From NCBI GenBank assembly GCA_040386535.1, contig JAZKFH010000025.1, positions 128,001 to 192,000 of the forward strand: DNA of 64,000 nucleotides. Direction: 5' to 3'. Both the position numbers and the translations under genes were made by a program. The notes under the pieces were generated by a model, which was not told the DNA's origin, made no database searches, and saw nothing but the letters and a program-made list of their open reading frames with translations. Shown here one piece after another: positions 21,561-31,179 of this stretch (its first letter is position 1; every line of letters starts with the position of its first letter). This DNA is from Myxococcota bacterium (GTDB lineage: Bacteria; Myxococcota_A; UBA796; SXON01).

Positions 21561-22325
21561 ATGCTGCTGGTCGTCGACGTAGGCAACACCAACACCGTGA
21601 TCGGCCTGTTCGACGGGCCCCGCGTCACCCACCACTGGCGCATCTCGACGCTTCAGCGCACGACGGACGAGTTCGGCATCTTGTTGCTGCAGCTCCTCGC
21701 CCACCAGAAGGTGGCGCCCGCCGACATCTCGGGGGTGGCCGTGTGCACCGTGGTGCCGTCGGTCCTGTACGCCATCGAGAAGGGCGTGCGCCGGTATCTC
21801 GACGTGACCGCGCGTGTGCTCGACCACAAGAGCGCCCTCGGCTTCCCGGTCCACATCGACAACCCGCGCGAGCTCGGTCCTGACCGCGTGGTCAACGCTG
21901 TCGCGGCGATGGAGCGGCACGCGCCTCCGTTCCTCATCGTCGACTTCGGCACGGCGACCACCTTCGACTGCGTGGACGCGTCGGGCGCCTACGTCGGCGG
22001 CGCGATCGCGCCCGGCCTCCAGATCTCGGCGGACGCCTTGTTCTCGAAGACCGCGCGGCTGCCCCGCGTCGAGGTGCAACGGCCCGACGTCGCCATCGGT
22101 CGGAACACGACAGCGGCGATGCAGTCGGGCGTGTTCTGGGGCTATGTCAGCCTCGTGGACGGGCTGGCGCGCCGCTGCAAGGACGAGCTCGGCGGAGAGG
22201 TGCACTGCATCGCGACGGGCGGGCTCTCCAACCTGGTCGGGCGGGCGTGCAAGGAGATCGACGAGGTCGACGAGCATCTGACCCTCCACGGCCTCCGGCT
22301 GTGGTTCGAACGGGGCGCTCCATGA
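21561..22325 (+). CDS. coaX: Type III pantothenate kinase
   Basis: VDVGNTNT, LGPDR, VDFGTATT, GGAIAPG, IATGG. Confidence 0.95.
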   Translation: MLLVVDVGNTNTVIGLFDGPRVTHHWRISTLQRTTDEFGILLLQLLAHQKVAPADISGVAVCTVVPSVLYAIEKGVRRYLDVTARVLDHKSALGFPVHIDNPRELGPDRVVNAVAAMERHAPPFLIVDFGTATTFDCVDASGAYVGGAIAPGLQISADALFSKTARLPRVEVQRPDVAIGRNTTAAMQSGVFWGYVSLVDGLARRCKDELGGEVHCIATGGLSNLVGRACKEIDEVDEHLTLHGLRLWFERGAP

Positions 22326-23533
22326 GCGACATTCCCTGGGCCAAGCTCGGCATCCCCGAGAGTCTCCGGCCCGTCGTCGAGCCCACCGCGCCGCAGCAGC
22401 TTCGTTTCGCGGCCGCGAAGGCGGCGCTCCCGGCCACCCCCGAAGCGCTCCTCGGCATGCTCTACGTGCTCGCGTGCGGGGAGGACGTCGAGGTGCGCGC
22501 CACCGCGCTCGAGACGTTGAAGTCCATGCCTGGCCTGTTGGAGGCGCTCTCCCAGCGTACGCACAGCAAGGTGTTGGAGCTCATCGCCACCACGCGCCCC
22601 GACCGTGCGCTCGACGAGCGGATCATGGTCATCCGCGGCGCAAACGATCGCACCGCCACCCTCATCGCGAGCCGTGCCGACGAGGCGTTGTGCGACATCA
22701 TCGCCCAGAACCACGAGCGGCTGCTGCTCACGCCGCAGGTGATCGTGGCGTTGCACCAGAACCCGCGGTGCCCAGAAGCGCCGCTGGAGCGCGCGATCGC
22801 GTTCATGCGCATGCAGCAGTGTTTGCCGGAGCTCCCCGCGTCACGCCGCGCGCCTGGGGACCCCACGCCGGCCGTCTCGCCGCAGAGCGCGGCCCATAGG
22901 GCGGCGGCCGCCCCCGCCTTCGACCTGGAAGCCGAGATCGAGGCGGCGTTGTCGGGCATGGCCTCGCCCCACCTCGAGCAGAAGTCGAAGCTCGCGCTCT
23001 TCGACCTCGACGGGGTCAAGCCCGAAGGGCTCGAGGGCTTCGCGTTCGACTTCAAGGACGATGACAACTTCTCCTTCGACCTGCTCGACGAGGGTGGGGA
23101 GGAGGGCGAAGACGCCAACATGAAGGCGAGCATCGAGAAGCGCATCGCCGCCATGAGCGTCGGCAAGAAGCTGAAGCTCGCCTACCTCGGCAACAAGTCG
23201 GTGCGCAGCATCCTCATCCGTGACCGAAACAAGCTCGTGGCCGTGGCCGTCGTGAAGAGCGGCCGGCTCACGGACGCCGAGGTGCTCTCACACGCGGGCA
23301 ACCGCAACCTCCCCGACGAGGCGCTGCGGGAGATCGCGACAAATCGCGAGTGGACGCGGAAGTACCCGGTGAAGGTCGCCCTCGTGAACAACCCGAAGTG
23401 CCCGCCGAGCGTGGCGGTTTCGCTCGTCACGCACCTGCAGATCAAGGATCTCTCCTCCTTGTCGCGCAACCGGAACGTCTCGAGCGTCGTGTTCACCCTG
23501 GCGTTGAAGATGGCGAAGCAGAAGTCGAACTGA
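22322..23533 (+). CDS. Hypothetical alpha-helical (HEAT/LRV-like) protein
   Basis: Coupled to coaX by ATGA; repeated ALxxNPxxP helices; acidic linker. Confidence 0.7.
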   Translation: MSDIPWAKLGIPESLRPVVEPTAPQQLRFAAAKAALPATPEALLGMLYVLACGEDVEVRATALETLKSMPGLLEALSQRTHSKVLELIATTRPDRALDERIMVIRGANDRTATLIASRADEALCDIIAQNHERLLLTPQVIVALHQNPRCPEAPLERAIAFMRMQQCLPELPASRRAPGDPTPAVSPQSAAHRAAAAPAFDLEAEIEAALSGMASPHLEQKSKLALFDLDGVKPEGLEGFAFDFKDDDNFSFDLLDEGGEEGEDANMKASIEKRIAAMSVGKKLKLAYLGNKSVRSILIRDRNKLVAVAVVKSGRLTDAEVLSHAGNRNLPDEALREIATNREWTRKYPVKVALVNNPKCPPSVAVSLVTHLQIKDLSSLSRNRNVSSVVFTLALKMAKQKSN

Positions 23534-23583
23534 ACATTTGTTCCGGGTATGGGCGGCGGTACCCGGGACAGGGAGCAGGCGGC

Positions 23584-24753
23584 GTGCTACGCGGGGAATC
23601 CAGGCGGCGATCCGGGCCGCCCGTGCGCGGATCCAACCAGCATCCCGAGGTTCTCATCGAGACCGCCCCGACCGAACCGCTCGAGCGTGTTCTGGACTTC
23701 AACGACTCCGATCGCCTGCGGGAGCTGGCGGGAGAGGTCGGGAAGAACCTGCAGCTCATCGGACGCCTGTCGGGTACGCGGGTGTCGCAGCGGGGCGCGC
23801 AGGTGCGGGTCCTGGGCGCGGAGGAGGCTGTCGTCCTGGCCGTGCGCGTGTTGGAGCAGCTCTACGCGCTCGCCTCGACCGGCACGCCCATCACCCTCGT
23901 CGATGTGGACCAGGCCGCGCGCCTCCTGCGCAGCGAGCCCGACGCCCAGCTGATCGACTACCGGTCCGACGTGGTCATCACCGGGGCCCGCAAGCGCGCG
24001 ATCTACCCGCGCACGCCGCGGCAGAAGACCTACGTGCACGCGTTCGACGAGAACGACGTGGTCTTCGGCGTCGGCCCCGCCGGCACCGGCAAGACCTACC
24101 TCGCGATGGCGGTGGCCGTCGCGGCGCTCCTCAAGGACCAGGTCCGGCGCATCGTGTTGTGCCGGCCGGCCGTCGAGGCGGGGGAGAAGCTCGGGTTCCT
24201 GCCCGGTGACCTCGCGGAGAAGGTGAACCCCTACCTGCGCCCCCTGTACGACGCGCTCTACGACATGGTCGACGAGGAGCGCGCCGCCCGGCTCATCCAG
24301 AAGGGCGTGATCGAGGTCGCGCCGCTCGCCTTCATGCGCGGCCGCACGCTCAACAACGCGTTCATCATCCTCGACGAGGCACAGAACACGACGAGCGAGC
24401 AGATGAAGATGTTCCTGACCCGCCTGGGGAACGACTCGCGCGCCGCCATCACCGGTGACCTCTCCCAGGTCGACCTGCCCCGCCACACCCGGTCCGGCCT
24501 CGTCGAGGCGCTCCGCATCGTCGAGGGCATCGCGGGCATCGGCGTCATCCGCTTCCGCGACGACGACATCGTCCGCCACCCGCTGGTGAGCGAGATCGTG
24601 CGCGCCTACGACCGTGAAGCCGCCCGCACCGAGGACGTGCGGCCCGCCTCCCGTCCCGCTCCCGATTGGCGCGCCCGCCGTGGGCCCGCCCGTGACCGCT
24701 CCCGCGAGTTCGATCCGAATCCGGAGGGGAGCGAGGGTGGCGACTCGGCTTGA
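23584..24753 (+). CDS. phoH: PhoH/YbeZ family ATPase
   Basis: GPAGTGKT, RPAVEAGEKLGFLPGD, FMRGRTL, DEAQN, VRHPLV; GTG start with GGGAG SD. Confidence 0.93.
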   Translation: MLRGESRRRSGPPVRGSNQHPEVLIETAPTEPLERVLDFNDSDRLRELAGEVGKNLQLIGRLSGTRVSQRGAQVRVLGAEEAVVLAVRVLEQLYALASTGTPITLVDVDQAARLLRSEPDAQLIDYRSDVVITGARKRAIYPRTPRQKTYVHAFDENDVVFGVGPAGTGKTYLAMAVAVAALLKDQVRRIVLCRPAVEAGEKLGFLPGDLAEKVNPYLRPLYDALYDMVDEERAARLIQKGVIEVAPLAFMRGRTLNNAFIILDEAQNTTSEQMKMFLTRLGNDSRAAITGDLSQVDLPRHTRSGLVEALRIVEGIAGIGVIRFRDDDIVRHPLVSEIVRAYDREAARTEDVRPASRPAPDWRARRGPARDRSREFDPNPEGSEGGDSA

Positions 24754-27169
24754 GACGCTGAAGCTGATGCTCGCGCCGGACACGTTGCTCCGGCGCTCGC
24801 TCGCGTTTGTCGTCACCTGCATGGCGTGCGCGGCGCTGCTCACCGATTTCTCGCTGACCGGGAACCTCGATCTGCGCGAGGGGGACGTGGCCCCGCGCGA
24901 CGTCATCGCGCCCATCGCGTTCCCGTTCGTCAACGTGGGCGTCACGGCGGAGCGCCAGCGCCTCGCGGAAGCGCAGGTCCCCCCGGTGTTCGACGCCGAC
25001 CTGACGTTGTCGAAGCGCATCGAGAACCGGGTCTCCCAGGCGTACGACATGGCTCGGCGGCGCTGGGAGGCCGGTACCGTCTCGGGCCCGCGCGGGTCGG
25101 TCCCGCCCTCCCCAGCCGACACCGCTGGGATCCTCGCCGAGTTTGCCGCGGCGCTCGAGTTGCCGGTGCAGCCCGGCGACCTCGACGCCATCGCCGTCGC
25201 GGGCTTCTCGCAGCGCGTCGAAGAGCTCACGATCGAGCTCCTGGGCGTCGCGATGCGGCGGAACATCATCCAGGACCGCACGTCGCTGCCGGAGCCGCAG
25301 CGGCCGATCACGGTGGTGAACCTCTTCGGGGACGTGCGCGAGGAGTCGATCCTCGAGGACTACAGCCTGATCCGCACCCCCGACGAGGCGCGGCAGGCGG
25401 TGACCTTCCACGTGCTCGAGCGGTACGGCGCGTCGCGCGATGCCGCGGTCGTGGCCGCCGCCGCGAACATCGCGCGCGCCGCGGTCCGGACGAACTTCAC
25501 CCACAACCCGGAGCTGACGGAGGAGCGAAAGGCCAGCGCGCGCGCGGCTGTGGGGGCGGTCGAGGTCGAGGTGCGGCGGGGCACGCGGGTCATCGCCGCG
25601 GGGGACGTGCTCACGGCCCCTCAGGAGCAGATGCTCACGGCCATGCGGCGCACGAACGCGCAGGCCGGCGGCTTCGGTGGCTTCGTCAGCTGGTTCGTGT
25701 TCGTCGCGGCGGTCATCGGCGTCACGCTCGTGTTCGCCCAATCCACCATCCGCAAGTTCGCGTCGCGCACCCGCGACCGCGAGGCGCTCGGCTTCGCGCT
25801 GCTGCTCGTGCTCGCCTTCGGCCGGTTCCTCTCCTCGACCGCGGCGCTCATCACGCTGCCGACCGTCGTGGATCCCAAGCTGCTCGCGCTCCTGGTGCCC
25901 GTGGCCGGCGGCGCCATGCTCGTGCGCATCCTCGTGAACAGCGAGAGCGCGCTCATCTGGGCGCTGGTGGCCTCGCTCTTCTCCGGCGTCCTGATGGACG
26001 CCTCGCCGCTCCTGATGGCCTGGTACGTCGTGACCGCGCTCGTCGCCACCACGGCCGTCGGGCCTGCCCGCGAGCGGCTGGTGGTCCTACGCGCGGGCCT
26101 CTGGTGCGGGCTCGCCGGCGCGGTGTTCGTGCTGGTGGTCGGGCTCCTGCGGGGGCAGGATCCCGGCGGCGACGATCCGTTCACGTTCACGACCGCGGTG
26201 ATGGCGTTCGTGACCGCGCTCCTCGCGGGGCTGCTGAACGCGGTGCTTGCGCTCGGGATGGTGCCCGCCTTCGAGCTGTTCGGGTTCGTGACCGACTACA
26301 AGCTCCTCGAGCTGGCGAGCCTGAACCACCCGCTGCTTCGCCAGCTGATGCTCCGCGCGCCCGGCACGTACCACCACAGCGTGATCGTGGGGACCCTCTC
26401 CGAAGCCGCGTGCGAGACCATCGGCGCCAACGCGCTCCTGGCCCGCGTCGCCTGCTACTTCCACGACATCGGGAAGGGGCTCAAGCCGCAGTACTTCATC
26501 GAGAACCAGCGGGACACCGGCAACCGCCACGATCGCCTCTCGCCCGAGGCGTCGGCCGCCGTGATCATCAACCACGTGCGCGAGGGCGGGGTGCTTGCGC
26601 TCCAGCACCAGCTCCCGCGGCCGATCGTGGACAACATCTACATGCACCACGGCACGGGCCTCATCCAGTACTTCTACGCGCGCGCCAAGGAGAACGCTGG
26701 CGCCGGCGAGGAGGTGGACGAGCGGATCTTCCGGTACCCCGGCCCCAAGCCCGACAGCCGCGAGGCCGGCATCATCATGCTGGCCGACAAGGTCGAGGCC
26801 GCGTGCCGCACCATCCGCGAGCCCAACGAGGAGCGCATCCGCGCGATGATCCAGCAGATCATCAACAGTGTGATGACCGACGGCCAGCTCGAGAACTGCC
26901 CGATCACGCTCCGCGAGCTCTACCAGATCGCCGACACGTTCACGACCGTGCTCCTCGGCATCTACCACCACCGCATCGAGTACCCAGCCACCAAGGAGAT
27001 CTCCTCGGGCAAGGGGCGTTTCGTCCCCGTGCCGAGGCAGGGCACGATCACCTTGGAGATCATGAACCCCCTCAAGTCGGCGCCCCCGCCCCTCGGGGCC
27101 CCCCGGCCCGGCCCGCCCGCCGGGCCCGCCGACGATACGCCGCTCCCGCGCCGCGTGGACGAGTCCTGA
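24737..27169 (+). CDS. 7TM-HD family phosphohydrolase (PgpH/YqfF-like)
   Basis: Large extracytoplasmic domain, ~7 TM helices, APGTYHHS, YFHDIGK, YFIENQ, HHGT, LADKVEAA. Confidence 0.9.
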   Translation: MATRLETLKLMLAPDTLLRRSLAFVVTCMACAALLTDFSLTGNLDLREGDVAPRDVIAPIAFPFVNVGVTAERQRLAEAQVPPVFDADLTLSKRIENRVSQAYDMARRRWEAGTVSGPRGSVPPSPADTAGILAEFAAALELPVQPGDLDAIAVAGFSQRVEELTIELLGVAMRRNIIQDRTSLPEPQRPITVVNLFGDVREESILEDYSLIRTPDEARQAVTFHVLERYGASRDAAVVAAAANIARAAVRTNFTHNPELTEERKASARAAVGAVEVEVRRGTRVIAAGDVLTAPQEQMLTAMRRTNAQAGGFGGFVSWFVFVAAVIGVTLVFAQSTIRKFASRTRDREALGFALLLVLAFGRFLSSTAALITLPTVVDPKLLALLVPVAGGAMLVRILVNSESALIWALVASLFSGVLMDASPLLMAWYVVTALVATTAVGPARERLVVLRAGLWCGLAGAVFVLVVGLLRGQDPGGDDPFTFTTAVMAFVTALLAGLLNAVLALGMVPAFELFGFVTDYKLLELASLNHPLLRQLMLRAPGTYHHSVIVGTLSEAACETIGANALLARVACYFHDIGKGLKPQYFIENQRDTGNRHDRLSPEASAAVIINHVREGGVLALQHQLPRPIVDNIYMHHGTGLIQYFYARAKENAGAGEEVDERIFRYPGPKPDSREAGIIMLADKVEAACRTIREPNEERIRAMIQQIINSVMTDGQLENCPITLRELYQIADTFTTVLLGIYHHRIEYPATKEISSGKGRFVPVPRQGTITLEIMNPLKSAPPPLGAPRPGPPAGPADDTPLPRRVDES

Positions 27170-27658
27170 ATGCCCGTGTCCGTCAGCAAGCAAGGGGTCA
27201 AGCACCCCCTCCGCCCGGTGTCCACCGACGCGCGCGCGCTCCTCAAGCACCTCGGCAAGCCGAAGGCCGAGCTCTCCATCCTGTTGTGTGACGACGCGTT
27301 CATTCGCGACCTGAACGCCCAGTGGCGCCAGAAGGACGAGCCCACCGACGTGTTGTCGTTCGCGATGGGGGAGGGGGAGGGGGCCGACGTAAACCCCGAT
27401 CTGCTCGGCGACATCGTGATCTCCGTGGAGACCGCGGCGCGCCAGGGCGCCGCCCTGGGCCTCACGCTCGACCAGGAGATCCGGGTGCTCCTCGTCCACG
27501 GCCTGCTCCACCTCCTCGGCTATGACCACATCGATCCCGCCGACGCCCCCGAGATGCGCGCCCGCGAAGCCGAGCTCCTCGCGGTCCTCGGCGGCGGAAC
27601 CGGGCTCGTCGACCGCGGGGGAGACGGAGAGGTGGTTTCACGCGACGGGGCGGGATAA
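27170..27658 (+). CDS. ybeY: rRNA maturation endoribonuclease YbeY
   Basis: PTDVLSF, LGDIVIS, HGLLHLLGYDH. Confidence 0.96.
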   Translation: MPVSVSKQGVKHPLRPVSTDARALLKHLGKPKAELSILLCDDAFIRDLNAQWRQKDEPTDVLSFAMGEGEGADVNPDLLGDIVISVETAARQGAALGLTLDQEIRVLLVHGLLHLLGYDHIDPADAPEMRAREAELLAVLGGGTGLVDRGGDGEVVSRDGAG

Positions 27659-27667
27659 ACGCGCGCC

Positions 27668-28805
27668 ATGGCCAGCACCGTCGACCTCCCCGCCCTCGCC
27701 TCCACTCTCCGTGAGCGCCTCGTGTCGCTCCGGGGGCATCTTTGACGTAGACGGGAAGCTCGAGCAGATCGCGGATCTCGACCGTCAGGCCGCCATCCCC
27801 GAGTTCTGGAACGACGCGAAGCGCGCCCGTGAGATCCTCAAGAAGAAGACCCAGATGGAGAAGGGCGTCCGCCTTTTCCAGGAGTCGTGGGGTCGCCTCG
27901 AGGACGCGGAGACCTACCTGGAGCTCGCCGACGAGGAGGGGGATCCCTCCATCGCGAAAGAGGCGGGTGTCGCGTTGGAGCGCCTCGAGGGTGAGCTGCG
28001 CGCGATGGAGATCCGCCGCATGCTCGGGGAGGAGAGCGACGACGCGGGCGCCATCCTCGAGGTGAACTCGGGGGCGGGCGGCACCGACGCCGCCGACTGG
28101 GCCGACATGCTCAAGCGGATGTACCTCCGCTGGGCCGACCGGATGGGCTTCAAGGTCAAGATCATCGACGAGCAGCTGCACGAGGAGGCGGGGATCCGCT
28201 CCTGCACGCTGGAGGTCGAGGGTGACTACGCGTACGGCTACCTCAAGGGCGAGATCGGCGTGCACCGCCTCGTCCGCATCAGCCCGTTCGACTCGAACGC
28301 GCGCCGTCACACCGCGTTCGCCTCTGTGGCCGCCTACCCGGACATCGAGGAGGACATCGAGGTCGTGATCCTGGAGAAGGATCTCCGCATCGACACCTTC
28401 CGCTCCGGCGGGCCGGGCGGGCAGAGCGTCAACACGACCGACTCGGCGGTGCGCATCGTGCACAACCCGACCGGGATCGTGGTGCAGTGCCAGAACGAGA
28501 AGTCGCAGCTCAAGAACCGCTCCACCGCGATGAAGATGTTGCGGGTGAAGCTGTACCAGCTCGAGCTGGAGCGCCGGCAGTCCGAGCGCGACCTCGTCAA
28601 CGCGACGAAGAAGAAGATCGAGTGGGGTAGCCAGATCCGCAGCTACGTGCTCCAGCCCTACCGCCTCGTGAAGGACGTGCGTACCGGCATGGAGACGGGG
28701 GACACCGACGCGTTCCTCGACGGGCGGATCCTCCCCTTCATGGAGCAGTACCTGGTCGCACGCGCGAACGGCACGCTCGGTGAGGGCGGCGCGGGCGACG
28801 AGTAG
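27668..28805 (+). CDS. prfB: Peptide chain release factor 2 with programmed +1 frameshift
   Basis: ATG 27668 runs 25 codons to CTT TGA C (27740-27746); the +1 frame carries SPF and GGPGGQ. Confidence 0.96.
27732..27746 (+). promoter_or_regulatory. prfB frameshift signal (internal SD plus CTT TGA C)
   Basis: GGGGG-CAT-CTT-TGA-C. Confidence 0.93.
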
Positions 28806-28809
28806 CCGC

Positions 28810-29724
28810 GTGGGCTCCTTTTCCGCGGAGGTGTCCGGAGCGTCGTTCTTCGAGCGCGTGAAGTCGCTCCCGATGCTGGGGATCGGGGTGTCGACCGAGT
28901 ACGGCGCTCGCGACGCGCCGGGCGCGCTCGATCCCGCGGCGTTGCGGGCGGCGCATCCGCGGTGGGGCGCGTTTCTCGAGGTGGGTGTCGAGATCGCGAA
29001 GGGCCTGGACGCGGACGCCCGCGCCTGGGCCGCGAACGGCTGGCCGACCACCTACCACTTCCTCGACGTGAACCTGGACGAGCCCGCGGACCTCGATCCA
29101 CGCTGGCTCGACGCGGTGCGGGCCACGATCGATGTGCTCGATCCTGCCTGGCTCTGCGGCGACGCTGGCCTCTGGCACTTCGGCGCCCGCGAGCGCGGCC
29201 ACATGTTGCTCCTGCCCCCGATCCTCACGGCGGATGCCGCGCGGGGGATGGCCGAGGGCATCGTGGCGCTGCGCGCGGCCACCGGCAGGGAGGTGCTCCC
29301 CGAGAACCCGCCCGGCGTGGCCTTCGTGGGGGACCTGACGCTGCTCGACTTCTTCGCGCGCGTTGCCGAGGCCGCCGACACCGGGCTCCTGCTCGATCTG
29401 TCCCACCTCGCGATCTACCAGCACCTGCACGGGCGCGACGTCCTCCATGGCCTCGACGCCTTCCCGGCCGAGCGCGTGGTCGAGATCCACCTCGCCGGCG
29501 GCGTGGAGCGGGAGGCGGGGGGCTTCCGTTGGATCGAGGACGAGCACGGCACCACGCTCCGCCCCGAGGTGTGGCGCCTCCTCGACGCGCTCGCGCCGCG
29601 CCTGACGAACCTCAAGGCCGTCGTCCTCGAGTGCGAGCGCAACCCGATCGCCCAGGTGGCGCCGCTGTTCGCGCAGCTCGAGCGCCGTCTCGGGAGCTGG
29701 GCCGCCCCCTCCGGGGCGTCGTGA
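28810..29724 (+). CDS. DUF692 family multinuclear non-heme iron oxidative enzyme (MNIO), divergent; start uncertain
   Basis: LGIGVS, LLLPP, LPENPP, LLLDLSH, EIHLAGG, EDEHG, VLECE in DUF692 order. Confidence 0.8.
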   Translation: MGSFSAEVSGASFFERVKSLPMLGIGVSTEYGARDAPGALDPAALRAAHPRWGAFLEVGVEIAKGLDADARAWAANGWPTTYHFLDVNLDEPADLDPRWLDAVRATIDVLDPAWLCGDAGLWHFGARERGHMLLLPPILTADAARGMAEGIVALRAATGREVLPENPPGVAFVGDLTLLDFFARVAEAADTGLLLDLSHLAIYQHLHGRDVLHGLDAFPAERVVEIHLAGGVEREAGGFRWIEDEHGTTLRPEVWRLLDALAPRLTNLKAVVLECERNPIAQVAPLFAQLERRLGSWAAPSGAS

Positions 29725-30494
29725 CCCCGCCCGACCTGCAGCGTGTCGTGGTGCGCATGCTCTACGATCCCGCGCTGGTCGAGCGGATCTACGGGGGCGC
29801 CCCGGTCGAGGGCCTGGATCCCGCGGCCCGCGCGCACCTCACCCGGGTCGATCGCAGGGCCTGGGCCACCGACCCCTACCGCCGCGCGCGCACCCTCCAG
29901 GCGCTGCTCGAGGAGTTCCCGGCCTCCGCGGCCGAGGTGGGCGTGTCCGGCCTGGACCGCTTCTTCGGGGAGCGGGCCTTCCATGCCGCGATCCAGGCGA
30001 GAGGGTCGTTGGCGGAGGCCTTCGGGGCGTGGATCGCGCCGATGGCAGGGCCGGTGGCCGAGATCGAGCGCGCCGTTGTCGCCGTCCGCCGGGCCGCCGA
30101 GAAGCCACTTCCCGTGTTGGAAGCTGGTACCTTGCTTTGCGCCGGGACGGTCGTTCCCCTCGCGCTCCCCACGGGCACGTGCGCGCGCTGGGAGGGCCTC
30201 CGCGCCGCGCTCGCCCCCGAGCCTGTCCCGCGGCTCCTCGCCGGCTTCCGCGCCCCCGCGCGGGCCCCTGCGGCGAAGCGGGCGCCCGTCGAGCACCTCC
30301 TGGTAGAGCGTGGCGCGGACGGCGAAGGAGTCGGGCATGGCAGCCTCGGGCTGCACGAGCTGCTGGTCCGCGCGCGCCGGCCGGTCCTCCGGCGCGTGTT
30401 GCACCGGGAGGCCCTCCGTCACGGGGCCAAGCCCGCGGAGGCGGACGAGATCCTCGACGGCCTCGTGAGCGACGGGCTGCTGATCGGCGGGTGA
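29721..30494 (+). CDS. Probable MNIO partner protein (DUF2063/HvfC-like position)
   Basis: GTGA overlap with the DUF692 stop; helical N-terminus (LLEEFPAS, AEIERA) and wHTH-like end (LDGLVSDGLL). Confidence 0.55.
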   Translation: MTPPDLQRVVVRMLYDPALVERIYGGAPVEGLDPAARAHLTRVDRRAWATDPYRRARTLQALLEEFPASAAEVGVSGLDRFFGERAFHAAIQARGSLAEAFGAWIAPMAGPVAEIERAVVAVRRAAEKPLPVLEAGTLLCAGTVVPLALPTGTCARWEGLRAALAPEPVPRLLAGFRAPARAPAAKRAPVEHLLVERGADGEGVGHGSLGLHELLVRARRPVLRRVLHREALRHGAKPAEADEILDGLVSDGLLIGG

Positions 30495-30603
30495 GGCGAC
30501 GCCGCGATCGCCGCGCCGCGATCGCCCGGGGACACGGGTTGGAAGCGCGACGCGGTGCGGGCGGCACGGACCTTGCTCTACTCTCCTCCCTGCTGGAGTC
30601 TGC

Positions 30604-31140
30604 ATGACGCTCTTCCACCGCTCGGCCCTCGCCGGGACGCTCGCCCTCGTGCTCTCCGGCTGCGGCTCCGCGCACAGCATGCTGCTCATGGCCGACACCG
30701 CCATGGAGTGCACCAGAGACAGGGAGGGGGTCCCACGGCGCGGCTTCGTCGACGACCTGCAGCCGGAAGGCTGCGGCTACACGGTGGGCGCCGTCGACGA
30801 GCCAGGGAACACGCAGCTCGTTCTCGACGTACCAGCGTTCGCGGACGCCGCGGCGGGAAACCCCGCGTCCGTCGTGTACACGCTCCCGGACGCCGCCGTG
30901 CGCCTCGAGGTGCTCGTCGGGTGCGGCCTTGGGGAGGACTGGTGCGGAGAGGACCGGGGGAGCGGGTCCCTCTCCCGCACCTTCACCCCCACGTCCGGCA
31001 CGCTGACGGTCGACGTGACGCCCGACGGCGACGAGGCTGACGCGGTCGTGATCCTCGACGACGTAGAGCTCGAGGACGAGTCCGGGGAGACCGTCGTGGT
31101 CGACACCACGTGGGACGTGCGGCTGTACGCCGCACACTAG
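30604..31140 (+). CDS. Hypothetical acidic lipoprotein with four Cys beyond the lipobox
   Basis: Lipobox VLSGC; MEC, EGCG, VGCG, DWCG. Confidence 0.7.
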   Translation: MTLFHRSALAGTLALVLSGCGSAHSMLLMADTAMECTRDREGVPRRGFVDDLQPEGCGYTVGAVDEPGNTQLVLDVPAFADAAAGNPASVVYTLPDAAVRLEVLVGCGLGEDWCGEDRGSGSLSRTFTPTSGTLTVDVTPDGDEADAVVILDDVELEDESGETVVVDTTWDVRLYAAH

Positions 31141-31179
31141 CCAACAACAGGCCGAGCGGCGGGTTAGACCGCGCCCGCC

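Noticed and set aside
27668..27745. prfB as a frameshifted pseudogene
   Set aside because: The canonical programmed frameshift signal is present
30499..30530. Short duplicated CGCCGCGATCGC as a regulatory repeat or part of an MNIO precursor gene
   Set aside because: Only two copies in GC-rich DNA and no convincing small Cys-rich ORF
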